DNA of 64,000 nucleotides. Origin: Candidatus Woesearchaeota archaeon. Lineage in GTDB: Archaea > Nanobdellota > Nanobdellia > Woesearchaeales > GW2011-AR9. The translations under genes and the position numbers were made by a program. Of this stretch, positions 1 to 9,693 are shown piece after piece; position 1 is the first letter of the stretch; every line of letters begins with the position of its first letter. A model generated the notes under the pieces. It was not told where the DNA came from. It did not search any database and saw only the letters and a program-made list of their open reading frames with translations. The DNA is taken from contig JABJOX010000004.1 in the NCBI GenBank assembly GCA_018664115.1, positions 10,089 to 74,088 of the forward strand, read 5' to 3'.

Positions 1-2
1 AT

Positions 3-1181
3 GGATTCGCTCCGTTAGAAACACCAATCATAGAACGTTACGAAACTTTGGCCGCAAAATTTGCTGCTGGAGAAAGTTCAGATATCATGAAAGAAACATT
101 TACCTTAACTGATCAAGGAAAAAGAAATCTGGGGTTACGATTTGATTTAACTGTTCCTTTAGCCAGATTTATCGCGATGAATCCAACTTTAAAAATGCCT
201 TTCAAACGTTTTGAGATGGGCGTTGTTTTCAGAGACGGACCAATTAAAGCTGGCAGAGTAAGACAGTTCTGGCAATGTGATGTTGATACAATAGGATCAA
301 AATCTATGTTAGCCGATGCAGAAATTCTTGCCGCTATTGATACCGGTTTTAACAAACTAAAATTAGACACAGTCATTAAAGTCAATAACAGAAAGTTACT
401 AAACGGAATTTTAGAACAAGCAAAAATTGAAGATAAAGAAACTGCGATAACTTCCATTGATAAGTTAGCTAAGATTGGAGTGAAAGGAGTTACAGATGAA
501 CTTCTTCAGAAAGGTTTCCAAAAGAAACAAATCACTGCAATTTTCAAATTAATTCAAGAAAACATTTCTTTAGCGAAACTAAAAAAACAAATCAAGACTG
601 AAGAAGGTCAAGAAGGAATTAAAGAATTGGAAGAATTATTTACTTACTTGAGAAACATGGGCATTAAATCAGTTAAGTTTGACGTTTCTCTGGCCAGAGG
701 TTTAGCTTACTATACCGGAACAATCTTTGAAGCGTTCATGAAAAAAGGTAAAATCACTTCTTCGTTAGCTGCTGGTGGAAGATGGGATAAAATGATTGGC
801 GACTTTATGGGTGGTAATAGAATTGTTCCTGCTGTTGGCGGTTCGTTCGGAATTGTTCCTATCATTGAATCGATTAAAGAGAAAGAACAGTTAACCAAAA
901 AAACTCTTGCTCAAGTTTTAGTAATCCCCATTAATACGCAAAAAGAATCTTTACAAATTGTTGAACAGTTGAGAAAAGAAAATATTAATGCTAGTTTAGA
1001 TCTTAACGGCAGAGGAATGAGTAAGAATTTACAATATGCCAACGCTTTAGGTATTCCATATGCTATTATCATCGGTAGCGATGAACTAAAGAAAAATAAA
1101 GTTCTTTTAAGAGATATGGTTACTGGGGACCAGAAATTGCTTGCTTTGAAAAGTGTGGTTACAAAACTAAAACAACAATGA
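3..1181 (+). CDS. hisS: Histidyl-tRNA synthetase (5'-truncated by window edge)
   Basis: Frame open from base 3 (GFAPLETPIIE...). Motifs LRFDLTVPLAR, FRDG..GRVRQFWQCDVD, ARGLAYYTG, GGRWD, plus a C-terminal anticodon-binding domain. Confidence 0.96.
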   Translation, partial: GFAPLETPIIERYETLAAKFAAGESSDIMKETFTLTDQGKRNLGLRFDLTVPLARFIAMNPTLKMPFKRFEMGVVFRDGPIKAGRVRQFWQCDVDTIGSKSMLADAEILAAIDTGFNKLKLDTVIKVNNRKLLNGILEQAKIEDKETAITSIDKLAKIGVKGVTDELLQKGFQKKQITAIFKLIQENISLAKLKKQIKTEEGQEGIKELEELFTYLRNMGIKSVKFDVSLARGLAYYTGTIFEAFMKKGKITSSLAAGGRWDKMIGDFMGGNRIVPAVGGSFGIVPIIESIKEKEQLTKKTLAQVLVIPINTQKESLQIVEQLRKENINASLDLNGRGMSKNLQYANALGIPYAIIIGSDELKKNKVLLRDMVTGDQKLLALKSVVTKLKQQ

Positions 1182-1360
1182 ATAATCCTCAAAAACTAAA
1201 ATTAACTGGATACTTTATTCTAGCGATCTTAATTGCCAACTTAATTCTTTTTGCTTTAAGATTAATCAACTGGATAACTTTCTGGGGAGTAATTCTTCTC
1301 GGATTCTTGTTTGTTTGGAAAGTATTACCAAAACTAAAACATAAACTCTCCATTAAATAA
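1178..1360 (+). CDS. Small two-TM membrane protein
   Basis: ATGA overlap with hisS stop; two hydrophobic segments. Confidence 0.6.
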   Translation: MNNPQKLKLTGYFILAILIANLILFALRLINWITFWGVILLGFLFVWKVLPKLKHKLSIK

Positions 1361-1393
1361 ATACTTATAAGTAATTCATTTTTCACTTTAAAT

Positions 1394-1639
1394 ATGCCTA
1401 AACAAATAGCTTTACTGTACAGGGACCTGTTAAAAGATTATGTTGTTAATGAACGAGGTAATTTAATTTATGAACCTAGAAACTCTGAAATCTTTCCAGA
1501 ACTAAATGAAGCAAGAAATTATATTCTGAAAAATTATGGTGGTAAGAAAACAAGAATTTTGATTGATGATCATTGTTTGGAAGAAGGCGGTTCAGAATTA
1601 GAAAAAAAACTTAAGAAAGCAAAAATTAAGATTGAATAA
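1394..1639 (+). CDS. Hypothetical protein (81 aa)
   Basis: ORF preceded by TATA-like TTATAAG at 1365-1371; no recognisable motif. Confidence 0.6.
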   Translation: MPKQIALLYRDLLKDYVVNERGNLIYEPRNSEIFPELNEARNYILKNYGGKKTRILIDDHCLEEGGSELEKKLKKAKIKIE

Positions 1640-1641
1640 TC

Positions 1642-2535
1642 TTACTCTTCATACCAAGTAGTCACAACAGGTTTCTCGAAAACAATTACTGTATGTTCTG
1701 CTTGTGAAACCATTCCACGATTTTGATCAAACAAGGGTGGGTGTTCTTCAACACAATTAGCTCTTTTTAACATTCGTAAAGCGAAATTAGTTTTTGCACT
1801 GCCAAACTCTTTTTCTAACCATCTTTTAGCAAAAGGCAAACCATTATTTTTTTTCAATTCAATTAAAACTTTCCTTGAAATCGGATCTCTAACTCCGGAA
1901 TCGTTAGTTAATGTAAAAACTGTTGCTGGTGAACTTTCTTGCACAATCCCTGCTCCAGTAGAAGCGAAAGGTTCAATCGCAATTACATCGCCCTCTTTTA
2001 ACACATTCTCATTACCATTGTCAAAGTTTGGAACTGATGGAGGGACATGAATTTGATATTCGCCTAATCCATGACCAGATAAATTTTTTACTGGTGCAAA
2101 ACCATAATTGGTAATTGTATCATGAATAATTCCTCCTATTTCACCAAGAGTAACTCCCGGCTTAATTATTTTCAAAGCATTATTCAAAGCGTCACGACTC
2201 GCTTTAACTAAATCTGAATGTTCGCCAGATAAATCTACAGTTAAAGCATTATCAGCAATAAAACCATCAAGATGGACACCCACATCCAATTTAATAATCT
2301 GATCAGACAAAACAGTCTCATCATTTAAATCTGAACAGGAATGGGCTGCAAATTCGTTTAATGAAATCTGAGCTGGAAAAGCTGGCTTCCCACCTAATTC
2401 AACAATCTTCTCTTCAACGGCGTCAAGAATTTCAATTACTTTTGCTCCTTTAACGATTAAAGATTTTCCGTAATGTAAAGCTTCTGAGGCAATCTTGCCA
2501 GCATCAATGTACTTTTGTAAAGTTTTCTCATCCAT
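1642..2535 (-). CDS. map: Methionine aminopeptidase type II (archaeal)
   Basis: PAFP...N..AAH, KLDVGVHLDGFIAD, NLSGHGL...H, IAIEPF, SQAEHTV metal-site motifs and the type II helical insertion. Confidence 0.96.
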   Translation of the reverse strand: MDEKTLQKYIDAGKIASEALHYGKSLIVKGAKVIEILDAVEEKIVELGGKPAFPAQISLNEFAAHSCSDLNDETVLSDQIIKLDVGVHLDGFIADNALTVDLSGEHSDLVKASRDALNNALKIIKPGVTLGEIGGIIHDTITNYGFAPVKNLSGHGLGEYQIHVPPSVPNFDNGNENVLKEGDVIAIEPFASTGAGIVQESSPATVFTLTNDSGVRDPISRKVLIELKKNNGLPFAKRWLEKEFGSAKTNFALRMLKRANCVEEHPPLFDQNRGMVSQAEHTVIVFEKPVVTTWYEE

Positions 2536-2610
2536 TTTTATTGATTAATCTTTATTTGTTTTAAATGTTTTGTCAAAAGCTTTATAACTAACTACTATTC
2601 AGGAAGTAAA

Positions 2611-2976
2611 ATGACTGATCCAAATAAAAATTACCAACTAGAAAACATGGCTAAAAATTGTGAAACTCCAGAGATTTATGATAATCTTAAATCTCATCGT
2701 GGAACCATTGGTTACGAAGCTTTATCTATTGCTTTTGAAGCTTCTCAACAAAGAAATGAATCTTTATTAGGTAAGGCATTAGATTTAGTTCGAGATTATA
2801 CTTCTTTGAATGGAATGACTATGCCTAATAATTTACCTGCTGAATTATATCTAAATTTAACTTTTAATGAGTTTACTAAAAGAAAAAAATCCTCAAAGAA
2901 AAGAAATTTGGAAGATAAATGTTCAACATTAGGGACAGTAAGAAAAAATAATCGTTTCAGATTAAATCATTTTTAA
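2611..2976 (+). CDS. Hypothetical protein (121 aa)
   Basis: ORF with upstream AAAAGC-TTTATAA promoter-like motif (2575-2587); no motif recognised. Confidence 0.55.
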   Translation: MTDPNKNYQLENMAKNCETPEIYDNLKSHRGTIGYEALSIAFEASQQRNESLLGKALDLVRDYTSLNGMTMPNNLPAELYLNLTFNEFTKRKKSSKKRNLEDKCSTLGTVRKNNRFRLNHF

Positions 2977-2981
2977 TTTTT

Positions 2982-3743
2982 TTAATTAAAAAATTCTTTT
3001 AATTTATTTAACGTATCTTCAGGATTATTAACTGCGATACAATCAACGACTTTGGAAGCAGCAAAATCGTTTCCTCCAGGATGTAATTTATCACCAAAGA
3101 AGATTATCTCTGAATGATCTATTCCTCGATGTTCAGCAAACTTTCTGATACCCCATTCTTTATCAAAACCTTTCTTGGTTATATCTACGGAGGTTGTCCC
3201 ACCAATTTTCATGTGATACTTCTCAGAATCTAAATGCTTTTTCAAAAACTCAATCCATTCTAATCTTATTTTTCCATCAGGATCATAAACTGCTTTCATT
3301 TCACTAGAAGCATGTCTACCAATAGCAGACAAAGTTATTTGTGAATCTCGGTCTTGTACTTGATCTTCTTTAGTAGTCATTGATTGAATGTTATAATTTG
3401 AAATTAGTTTATCAAAAGCATTAATAATCTCTTTCTTCTCATCATCTGAAAGAGAATATTTATAGATTACTTCAACAGAATTATCATTTTTCACAAACGT
3501 ATAATTTGTTCCTGTCGTTCCTAAAATATGATGTTCTTTCTTTAATTTTGAAGAAATCATCCTTTGTAAACTTTCACTTTTTGTTCCACTGATGAAAGCG
3601 AAACTAAAACCAGCATCAACTAATCTAGAAATTTCAAAAGCCATCTCATCAGAAATTAATTGACAACTTTCACAAATAGTATCATCAACATCAGCAATGA
3701 TGACTTTCTTCTCATTAGAATTGATATTTTCTACGATTGGCAT
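2982..3743 (-). CDS. HAD-IIB hydrolase, eukaryotic-type phosphomannomutase-like
   Basis: DVDDT motif I, IGGTTSVDI, FFGDKLHPGGNDF (matches the PMM FGDKxxxGGND motif); adjacent to an NDP-sugar pyrophosphorylase. Confidence 0.8.
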   Translation of the reverse strand: MPIVENINSNEKKVIIADVDDTICESCQLISDEMAFEISRLVDAGFSFAFISGTKSESLQRMISSKLKKEHHILGTTGTNYTFVKNDNSVEVIYKYSLSDDEKKEIINAFDKLISNYNIQSMTTKEDQVQDRDSQITLSAIGRHASSEMKAVYDPDGKIRLEWIEFLKKHLDSEKYHMKIGGTTSVDITKKGFDKEWGIRKFAEHRGIDHSEIIFFGDKLHPGGNDFAASKVVDCIAVNNPEDTLNKLKEFFN

Positions 3744-3745
3744 TT

Positions 3746-4450
3746 TTATAACAATGGCCTATAACTATGATAAGCGTGTTGATATTTATCTAAAGTGTCA
3801 GTAGGAAACCATTGATTTTTATGGATATGTGCAGATATTTCTCCTAACGGTGCAATTTTTTCAAAACAATCTTTTTCCATGGAAGACTTTCCTTCTGGCA
3901 GAATTTTAAGACATTCGGGTTCAATAATAAACCCGCCCGCGTTAATCAAATTGCTTGGCGCTTCTTCCCGTTGAGGTTTTTCAACGAAACTAATAATCTT
4001 ATTTTCTTTCAAAGTAGCTACTCCGAAATTTTCTACATCTTCTCGAGGAGTTAAAGCCATTGTTACTTGCGGTGCATCTCGTAAAAAATCTTTATACATA
4101 GTATTCAAATCAATGTCCATTAAGTTATCTCCCCATAATAAAGCGAATGGTTTTACTAATCCAGCAGCAGCTTGTTTAATTGCTCCTCCAGTTCCAAGTG
4201 GTTCAGTTTCAATGGAATAAGAGATATTTACTCCTAAATGGGATCCATCTTTGAAATGTTCTTTGATGTCTTCTGCTCTGTAACCTACAGAAAGGATAAC
4301 ATTTTTCACACCATACTTTCTTAAATTATCGATGATGTGTTCGATAATTGGTTTGTCTTGAATGGGTAATAATGGTTTAGGTGTTTTATCAGTTAATGGC
4401 CTTAACCTTGTTCCCAGTCCTCCTGCCAGAATAATTGCCGTTTCTATCAT
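3746..4450 (-). CDS. Sugar-phosphate nucleotidyltransferase (mannose-1-phosphate guanylyltransferase-like)
   Basis: AIILAGGLGTRLRPLT..PKPL, EPLGTGGA, FVEKP, INAG. Start moved to ATG 4450 (MIETAIIL), which follows GAGGG. Confidence 0.88.
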   Translation of the reverse strand: MIETAIILAGGLGTRLRPLTDKTPKPLLPIQDKPIIEHIIDNLRKYGVKNVILSVGYRAEDIKEHFKDGSHLGVNISYSIETEPLGTGGAIKQAAAGLVKPFALLWGDNLMDIDLNTMYKDFLRDAPQVTMALTPREDVENFGVATLKENKIISFVEKPQREEAPSNLINAGGFIIEPECLKILPEGKSSMEKDCFEKIAPLGEISAHIHKNQWFPTDTLDKYQHAYHSYRPLL

Positions 4451-4536
4451 TTTATATTTTCCCTCTTTTTGTGTGTTAATCAAAATGATTCTTTCTCTTT
4501 TTTAAAGGGTTATGGAATAAGAATCAAGAATTAACA

Positions 4537-4552
4537 GAAACTTTTATAAATA
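4537..4552 (+). promoter_or_regulatory. Archaeal BRE/TATA promoter of the 5S rRNA gene
   Basis: GAAACTTTTATAAATA about 20-25 nt upstream of the 5S 5' end. Confidence 0.7.
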
Positions 4553-4571
4553 GCTCCAAGAAATAGCTTAA

Positions 4572-4684
4572 TGGACGGCCATAGGGGCGCGGTTCACCTG
4601 TTCCCATTTCGAACACAGAAGTTAAGAGTGCCTCCGTACCGGGGTGTACTGCGTTTTTGCGCGGGAAATCCAGTAAGCTGTCCA
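4572..4684 (+). rRNA. rrf: 5S ribosomal RNA (stand-alone)
   Basis: GC-rich island. Helix I TGGACGGC/GCTGTCCA, conserved GGCCATAG and CACCTGTTCCCATTTCGAACACAGAAGTTAAG; about 113 nt. Confidence 0.95.
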
Positions 4685-4685
4685 C

Positions 4686-4694
4686 TCTTTTTTT
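4686..4694 (+). terminator. Oligo-T terminator after 5S rRNA
   Basis: TCTTTTTTT directly after the 3' end of helix I. Confidence 0.55.
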
Positions 4695-4780
4695 AATACC
4701 TCTCTTGCACAACACTTTTAAACACTTTTTCTTTAGTTTCTATTAATTAAATATATCATAATCAAAATAGGTGATCAAAA

Positions 4781-5521
4781 ATAAAAGCATTAATCTTAGC
4801 TGCAGGGTACGCAACTCGTTTATATCCTTTAACAGAGAATCAAGCAAAGCCTTTGTTAAAAGTGGCAGGAATACCTATTGTTGAACATATTTTAAAAAAA
4901 TTAGAAAAACTTGATACTATTAATGAAATTATTATTGTAACTAATAACAAATTTTATGGTCATTTTATGGTTTGGTTAAACGATTATTCTTGTTCTAAAA
5001 ATGTAAAAGTGATTAATGATGGTACAATTAGTAACGATGACCGTTTAGGCGCTGTAGGTGATATTAATTATATTCTTAAAAATCAAGAAATCAATGATGA
5101 TTTATTGGTAATTGCGGGAGATAATCTTTTCGGATTTGAAATCAACAATTTTCTTAACCATTTCCAGCAAAAAAATAGTTCCCTTGTTGCTTTACATGAT
5201 TTAAAAGATAAAGAAAAAATAAAAAACAAATTTGGTGTTGCTATCTTATGCGACCAATTATCTAAAGTGATTGACTTCGAAGAAAAACCAGCTGAACCAA
5301 AAAGTACTTTAGCAGCAACTGCTTGTTATGTCTTTCACAAAGAAGATTTAAAACATGTTGAAGCTGCAGTTGAAAATGGTAAAGCAGACAATCCTGGTGA
5401 TTTAGTTAAATATTTAGTAAAAGAATCCGAAGTTCATGGATTTGTTTTCGATCATCATTGGTTTGATATTGGTAGCATGGAAGGTTTAAAACAAGCAGAA
5501 GAGGTTTACAGAAAACTATGA
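4781..5521 (+). CDS. Sugar-phosphate nucleotidyltransferase (glucose-1-phosphate thymidylyltransferase-like); probable ATA start
   Basis: Frame extends upstream of the called TTG to give (I/M)KALILAAGYATRLYPLT..AKPLL; in-frame TGA at 4772; also IAGDNLF, FEEKP, WFDIG. Confidence 0.88.
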   Translation: MKALILAAGYATRLYPLTENQAKPLLKVAGIPIVEHILKKLEKLDTINEIIIVTNNKFYGHFMVWLNDYSCSKNVKVINDGTISNDDRLGAVGDINYILKNQEINDDLLVIAGDNLFGFEINNFLNHFQQKNSSLVALHDLKDKEKIKNKFGVAILCDQLSKVIDFEEKPAEPKSTLAATACYVFHKEDLKHVEAAVENGKADNPGDLVKYLVKESEVHGFVFDHHWFDIGSMEGLKQAEEVYRKL

Positions 5522-7257
5522 ATTCAGAATCTTACATAATTAGAATTGGTGGAGAAGCAGGTTGGGGAATAGCTTCAGCAGCAGACATTATTGCTAAACT
5601 TTTCATTAAATTAAACTATCATCTTTTTTCAAGTAAAGAATATATGTCTCAAATTAAGAAAGGCCACAATTTCCATACTATTAGAATTTCTAAAAAAAAG
5701 ATTCATGCAGATATTGACAGAATTGATTTGCTTCTTGCTTTAGATCAAACTACATTTGATACTCATTATGATTTAGTTTCAAAAAATGGAATCATTATTC
5801 ATGATGATAAAATTAAAATTGATCCTCAACAATTAAAAAACAAGAATTTAATCCAGATCCCTTTAACCAAGATTGAAGAGAAACTTAAAGAAAAAAATAT
5901 TCATAATGCTGTCTTTTTAGGGGCTTTAGTAAAAGCAATCGGAATTGATTATGCTCTATTGAGAAAAATAATTAAAGAAAGGTTTGTAGGTAAAGAGAAT
6001 CTTGTTAGTAAATTACTTTTAGCAGCAAAAGAAGGTGATGATTCCGTTAATAAAGTTAAAGATTTTCCTCTTCAAGAAGAAAATCAAGAAACAAAAACCA
6101 TTCCGGATTTCTTAGATGGAAATGAAGCCATCTCTCAAGGAGCATTAAAAGCGGGGTTAACATTTCACGTTCAATATCCCATGACTCCGGTATCAGGAAT
6201 TCTTCATTATCTTGCTAAAGAAGCAACAAAAAATAAAAGTCTAACAATTATTCAACCGGAAGATGAGATTGCGGGAATAAATTTTGCTCTTGGTGCATCT
6301 TATGCTGGAGCAAGAACAATGACTGCAACCTCGGGTGGGGGATTTGCTTTAATGGTTGAATCTTTTGGTCTCGCTGGCGTAGCAGAAATCCCTTTAGTTT
6401 TAATTGAAGGGCAACGGCCTGGTCCAGGAACTGGATTGCCTACAAAAACTGAACAAGGTGATTTAAAATTTGTTTTATCTGCAGGAACAGGAGATTTTCC
6501 TAAAATAATAATCGCTCCTGAAACTGTTGAAGGCTGTTACACTGAAACAAAACGTGCATTTTATCTGACAGAGAAATATCAAATTCCTGTAATTGTTTTG
6601 GTTGATAAACATTTAGCAGAAAGTTCTAAAACTTTTAACTTAAATGAAGAAGAAAAGAATTTCACTTTTGATTACGAGCAAAAAATTAATACCATCAATC
6701 AAGTTGACTCTTCTAAACTAAATTCTGACGGACTATTCAAACGTTATGAGAAAGAAGAAACTCAAAGAACAATTCCCGGAACAGAAAATGGAATATACAC
6801 TTGTGCTGGAGATGAACATGATGAAGTGGGAGTGATTACTGAAAATAGAGATATTAGAAATCAAATGATGCAAAGAAGGATGAATAAACTCAATCTTATC
6901 AAAGAAGAACTTCCAGTTCCAACACTTATCGGACCCAATGATGCAGATTTAACAATTGTTTCTTGGGGAAGTAATCACGGAGCAATCATTGAAGCCATGG
7001 AACTCTTAAATTCTGAAGAAAAGAAAGTCAATTTCCTTTCCATAAAATATATGGCCCCTTTCCAAGAGAATGAAATTCAAACAATCTTAGAAAAAGCAAA
7101 AAAATTAATCATTATTGAAAATAATTATTCTGCCCAATTAGCAAATCTTATCAGAGAAAAGACTGGAATCAATATAAAAAACAAAATCTTACGTTCCGAT
7201 GGCAGAACATTTACTGTTGATGATATTTACAATCAAATAAAACAAAACCAAAAATAA
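5518..7257 (+). CDS. korA: 2-oxoacid:ferredoxin oxidoreductase alpha subunit (fused gamma-alpha)
   Basis: IGGEAGWG, GNEAI, YPMTP, EDEIA, TATSGGGFALM, QRPGPGTGLPTKTEQGD. Confidence 0.94.
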   Translation: MNSESYIIRIGGEAGWGIASAADIIAKLFIKLNYHLFSSKEYMSQIKKGHNFHTIRISKKKIHADIDRIDLLLALDQTTFDTHYDLVSKNGIIIHDDKIKIDPQQLKNKNLIQIPLTKIEEKLKEKNIHNAVFLGALVKAIGIDYALLRKIIKERFVGKENLVSKLLLAAKEGDDSVNKVKDFPLQEENQETKTIPDFLDGNEAISQGALKAGLTFHVQYPMTPVSGILHYLAKEATKNKSLTIIQPEDEIAGINFALGASYAGARTMTATSGGGFALMVESFGLAGVAEIPLVLIEGQRPGPGTGLPTKTEQGDLKFVLSAGTGDFPKIIIAPETVEGCYTETKRAFYLTEKYQIPVIVLVDKHLAESSKTFNLNEEEKNFTFDYEQKINTINQVDSSKLNSDGLFKRYEKEETQRTIPGTENGIYTCAGDEHDEVGVITENRDIRNQMMQRRMNKLNLIKEELPVPTLIGPNDADLTIVSWGSNHGAIIEAMELLNSEEKKVNFLSIKYMAPFQENEIQTILEKAKKLIIIENNYSAQLANLIREKTGINIKNKILRSDGRTFTVDDIYNQIKQNQK

Positions 7258-7259
7258 AA

Positions 7260-8015
7260 ATGACAGAATTAAAAACATTCAATCGAACTGAAATCCCTAA
7301 CTGGTGTCCTGGTTGTGGTAACTTTGGCATTATTGCGGGTGTAAAAAAAACACTCGCGGAATTAGACTTTAAACCAGAAAATACTGTGTTAGTTTCCGGA
7401 GTAGGCTGTTTTGCCAAACTTCCTTATTGGGTAAAAGTCAATGGTTTCGTTGGTTTGCATGGCAGATCGCTTCCAGTTGCGCAAGGAATTAAATTAGCAA
7501 ATCAAAATTTAAACGTTATCGCTTTTGGTGGTGATGGTGATGGTTATGGGGAAGGTGGCAATCATTTCACTCACGCTTGTAGAAGAAATATTAATATGGC
7601 TTATTTTGTTCATAATAATGGCGTTTTCGGTTTAACTACGGGGCAATATTCTCCTGCTTCTGAGAAAGGAAGGAAAAGTAAATCCTCTCCATTAGGTTCA
7701 ACAGAAAAACCAGTTAATCCTCTTGCTTTAGCAATCTCTGCTGGGGCAACTTTTGTGGCTCGAACTTATGCTGGAAATTTGAAAGAAATGGTCGAGATCA
7801 TGAAGAAAGCAATTCTTCATGATGGTTTTGCTTTTGTAGATATTATTCAACCTTGTGTCACATTTAATCCACAACACTCATTTGATTATTATAATGATAA
7901 AGTCTATTATCTAGATGATAAACATGATTCAAATAATAAGCTGCAAGCTTTAGAAAAAGCTTTAGAATGGGAACAAGAAGAAAAGTTTGCTTGTGGTATA
8001 TTCTATCAGGAATAA
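7260..8015 (+). CDS. korB: 2-oxoacid:ferredoxin oxidoreductase beta subunit
   Basis: WCPGCG, SGVGC, LHGR, GGDGD...NN TPP motif, GLTTGQYSP, QPCVTFN. Confidence 0.94.
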   Translation: MTELKTFNRTEIPNWCPGCGNFGIIAGVKKTLAELDFKPENTVLVSGVGCFAKLPYWVKVNGFVGLHGRSLPVAQGIKLANQNLNVIAFGGDGDGYGEGGNHFTHACRRNINMAYFVHNNGVFGLTTGQYSPASEKGRKSKSSPLGSTEKPVNPLALAISAGATFVARTYAGNLKEMVEIMKKAILHDGFAFVDIIQPCVTFNPQHSFDYYNDKVYYLDDKHDSNNKLQALEKALEWEQEEKFACGIFYQE

Positions 8016-8045
8016 ATAGTGATTATAACAATAAGAAAATAAAAA

Positions 8046-9368
8046 ATGAAAATTAGTATTTTTGGAACTGGATACGTTGGACTGGTAACTGGAGCAAGTT
8101 TAGCTAACTTGGGCCACGATGTTTTATGTGTGGATATAGACCAAAAAAAGATTGATTTAATCAATTCTGGAGAAATGCCTTTCTATGAACCCGGATTGAA
8201 AGAATTAGTTTTAAAAAATAAAGAAAACAAAAGAATAACATTTTCAACTGATATAGAAAAAGCAGTTCATTTTGCTGAAGCCATTTTTAATTGTGTGGGT
8301 ACGCCAATGAAAGAAGATGGTTCTGCTGATTTAAGTTATGTTTTTGAAGTAGTTAAGAGTGTAGTAAAATATTCTGATCAATATAAATTATTAATCAATA
8401 AAAGTACTGTTCCCCCTGGGACGGCAAAGAAATGTCAAGAATTAATAACAATCACGAACCCAAACGCAGAAATAGATGTAGCTTCTAATCCTGAATTCTT
8501 AAAACAGGGTAATGCTGTTTATGATTTTAATCACCCCGATAAGATTGTGGTTGGAGCCCAATCAGAAAAAGCATTTCAATTAATGCGTAAAGTGTATCAC
8601 GGTTTAATCAAGACTTATATGCCAATTATTGAAACTAACTGGGAAACTTCTGAAATGATTAAATATGCCAACAATTCTTTTCTAGCAACTAAAATAAGTT
8701 TTATTAATGAAATTGCCAATATCTGTAATAAAGTTGGTGCTGATGTGAAAACAGTTTCTAAAGCCATTGGAAAAGATTATCGGATTAGTCCTAAATTTCT
8801 TAATGCGGGCATTGGTTATGGGGGAAGTTGTTTTCCTAAAGATGTTCAGGCGTTAATTAACACTGCAAAAAGCTACAATTATCAACCCCAATTCTTACAG
8901 CAAGTTGAAGAACTTAATGAGAGACAGAAAACTATTCTTGTTCCTCAAATCATTGATAAACTTAAAGAGATTAATGGCAACCAAGTTACTATTTGGGGAT
9001 TAACTTTCAAACCAAAAACTAGCGATTTACGAGGAGCGACATCATTGAAAATTATTGAGGAATTGATAGATAATGGATTTAAAGTAAATATTTATGATCC
9101 TATTGCGTTAGAAGAAGTAAGAACTATCTTCTCAGACAAAGTTACTTATTCTAATTCTGTAAAAGATTCCGTTGTTAATAGCAATTTAATTGTTCTTGTA
9201 ACCGAATGGGACGAATTTAGAAATGTTGATTTCTCAGAATTAGGAAAATCAATGAAAACCAAAATTCTCTTTGATGGCCGAAATATTTATGAACCAGAGA
9301 CTTTAAAAGAGAACGGATTTGAATATTATGGAGTGGGGAGGAAAAATAAAAATCAAAACTTTATTTAA
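8046..9368 (+). CDS. ugd: UDP-glucose 6-dehydrogenase
   Basis: GTGYVG, VGTP, KSTVPPG, SNPEFL, KYANNSFLATKISF, GYGGSCFPKD, DGRN. Confidence 0.93.
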   Translation: MKISIFGTGYVGLVTGASLANLGHDVLCVDIDQKKIDLINSGEMPFYEPGLKELVLKNKENKRITFSTDIEKAVHFAEAIFNCVGTPMKEDGSADLSYVFEVVKSVVKYSDQYKLLINKSTVPPGTAKKCQELITITNPNAEIDVASNPEFLKQGNAVYDFNHPDKIVVGAQSEKAFQLMRKVYHGLIKTYMPIIETNWETSEMIKYANNSFLATKISFINEIANICNKVGADVKTVSKAIGKDYRISPKFLNAGIGYGGSCFPKDVQALINTAKSYNYQPQFLQQVEELNERQKTILVPQIIDKLKEINGNQVTIWGLTFKPKTSDLRGATSLKIIEELIDNGFKVNIYDPIALEEVRTIFSDKVTYSNSVKDSVVNSNLIVLVTEWDEFRNVDFSELGKSMKTKILFDGRNIYEPETLKENGFEYYGVGRKNKNQNFI

Positions 9369-9693
9369 TATTATTAAAAAAAATGCTAAATCTGTAATTG
9401 GAGTAGATATTGAAAGCTCAGATATAGAAATAATTAATGGAAACGTGAAAACTATTAAATTAAATAAGAAATTTTACATTATTGTGGCAGGAGATCTTAT
9501 TGAACAATTATGTTGTCCCAGACCATTTTTAAATAATATCTGTTTGCATTTAAAAGATAAAAGTTCAATGATTAGTGTTACTCTTAGAAGAAAAAGGAAT
9601 AAGTTTAATTATTTATTTAGACTTATATTTGCAAACCATTTTCTGATAGTGTGTCATAAAAAGAATAGGGGTGAAATCTTCTCAGATGAATGA
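9360..9693 (+). pseudogene. Degraded class I SAM methyltransferase fragment
   Basis: VIGVDI...KF(Y)IIVAGDLIEQL..P..FL...HLK resembles methyltransferase motifs II-IV (FDxIxAGExIEH..NP..FL). Motif I and a credible start are missing and conserved residues are altered. Confidence 0.6.

Noticed and set aside
113-1386. Minus-strand ORFs 113-457, 710-898, 911-1192 and 1189-1386, and similar short ORFs antisense to or nested in genes elsewhere
   Set aside because: Shadows of well-supported genes, with no motifs.
4524-4715. 63-aa minus-strand ORF
   Set aside because: Antisense to the 5S rRNA gene; spurious.
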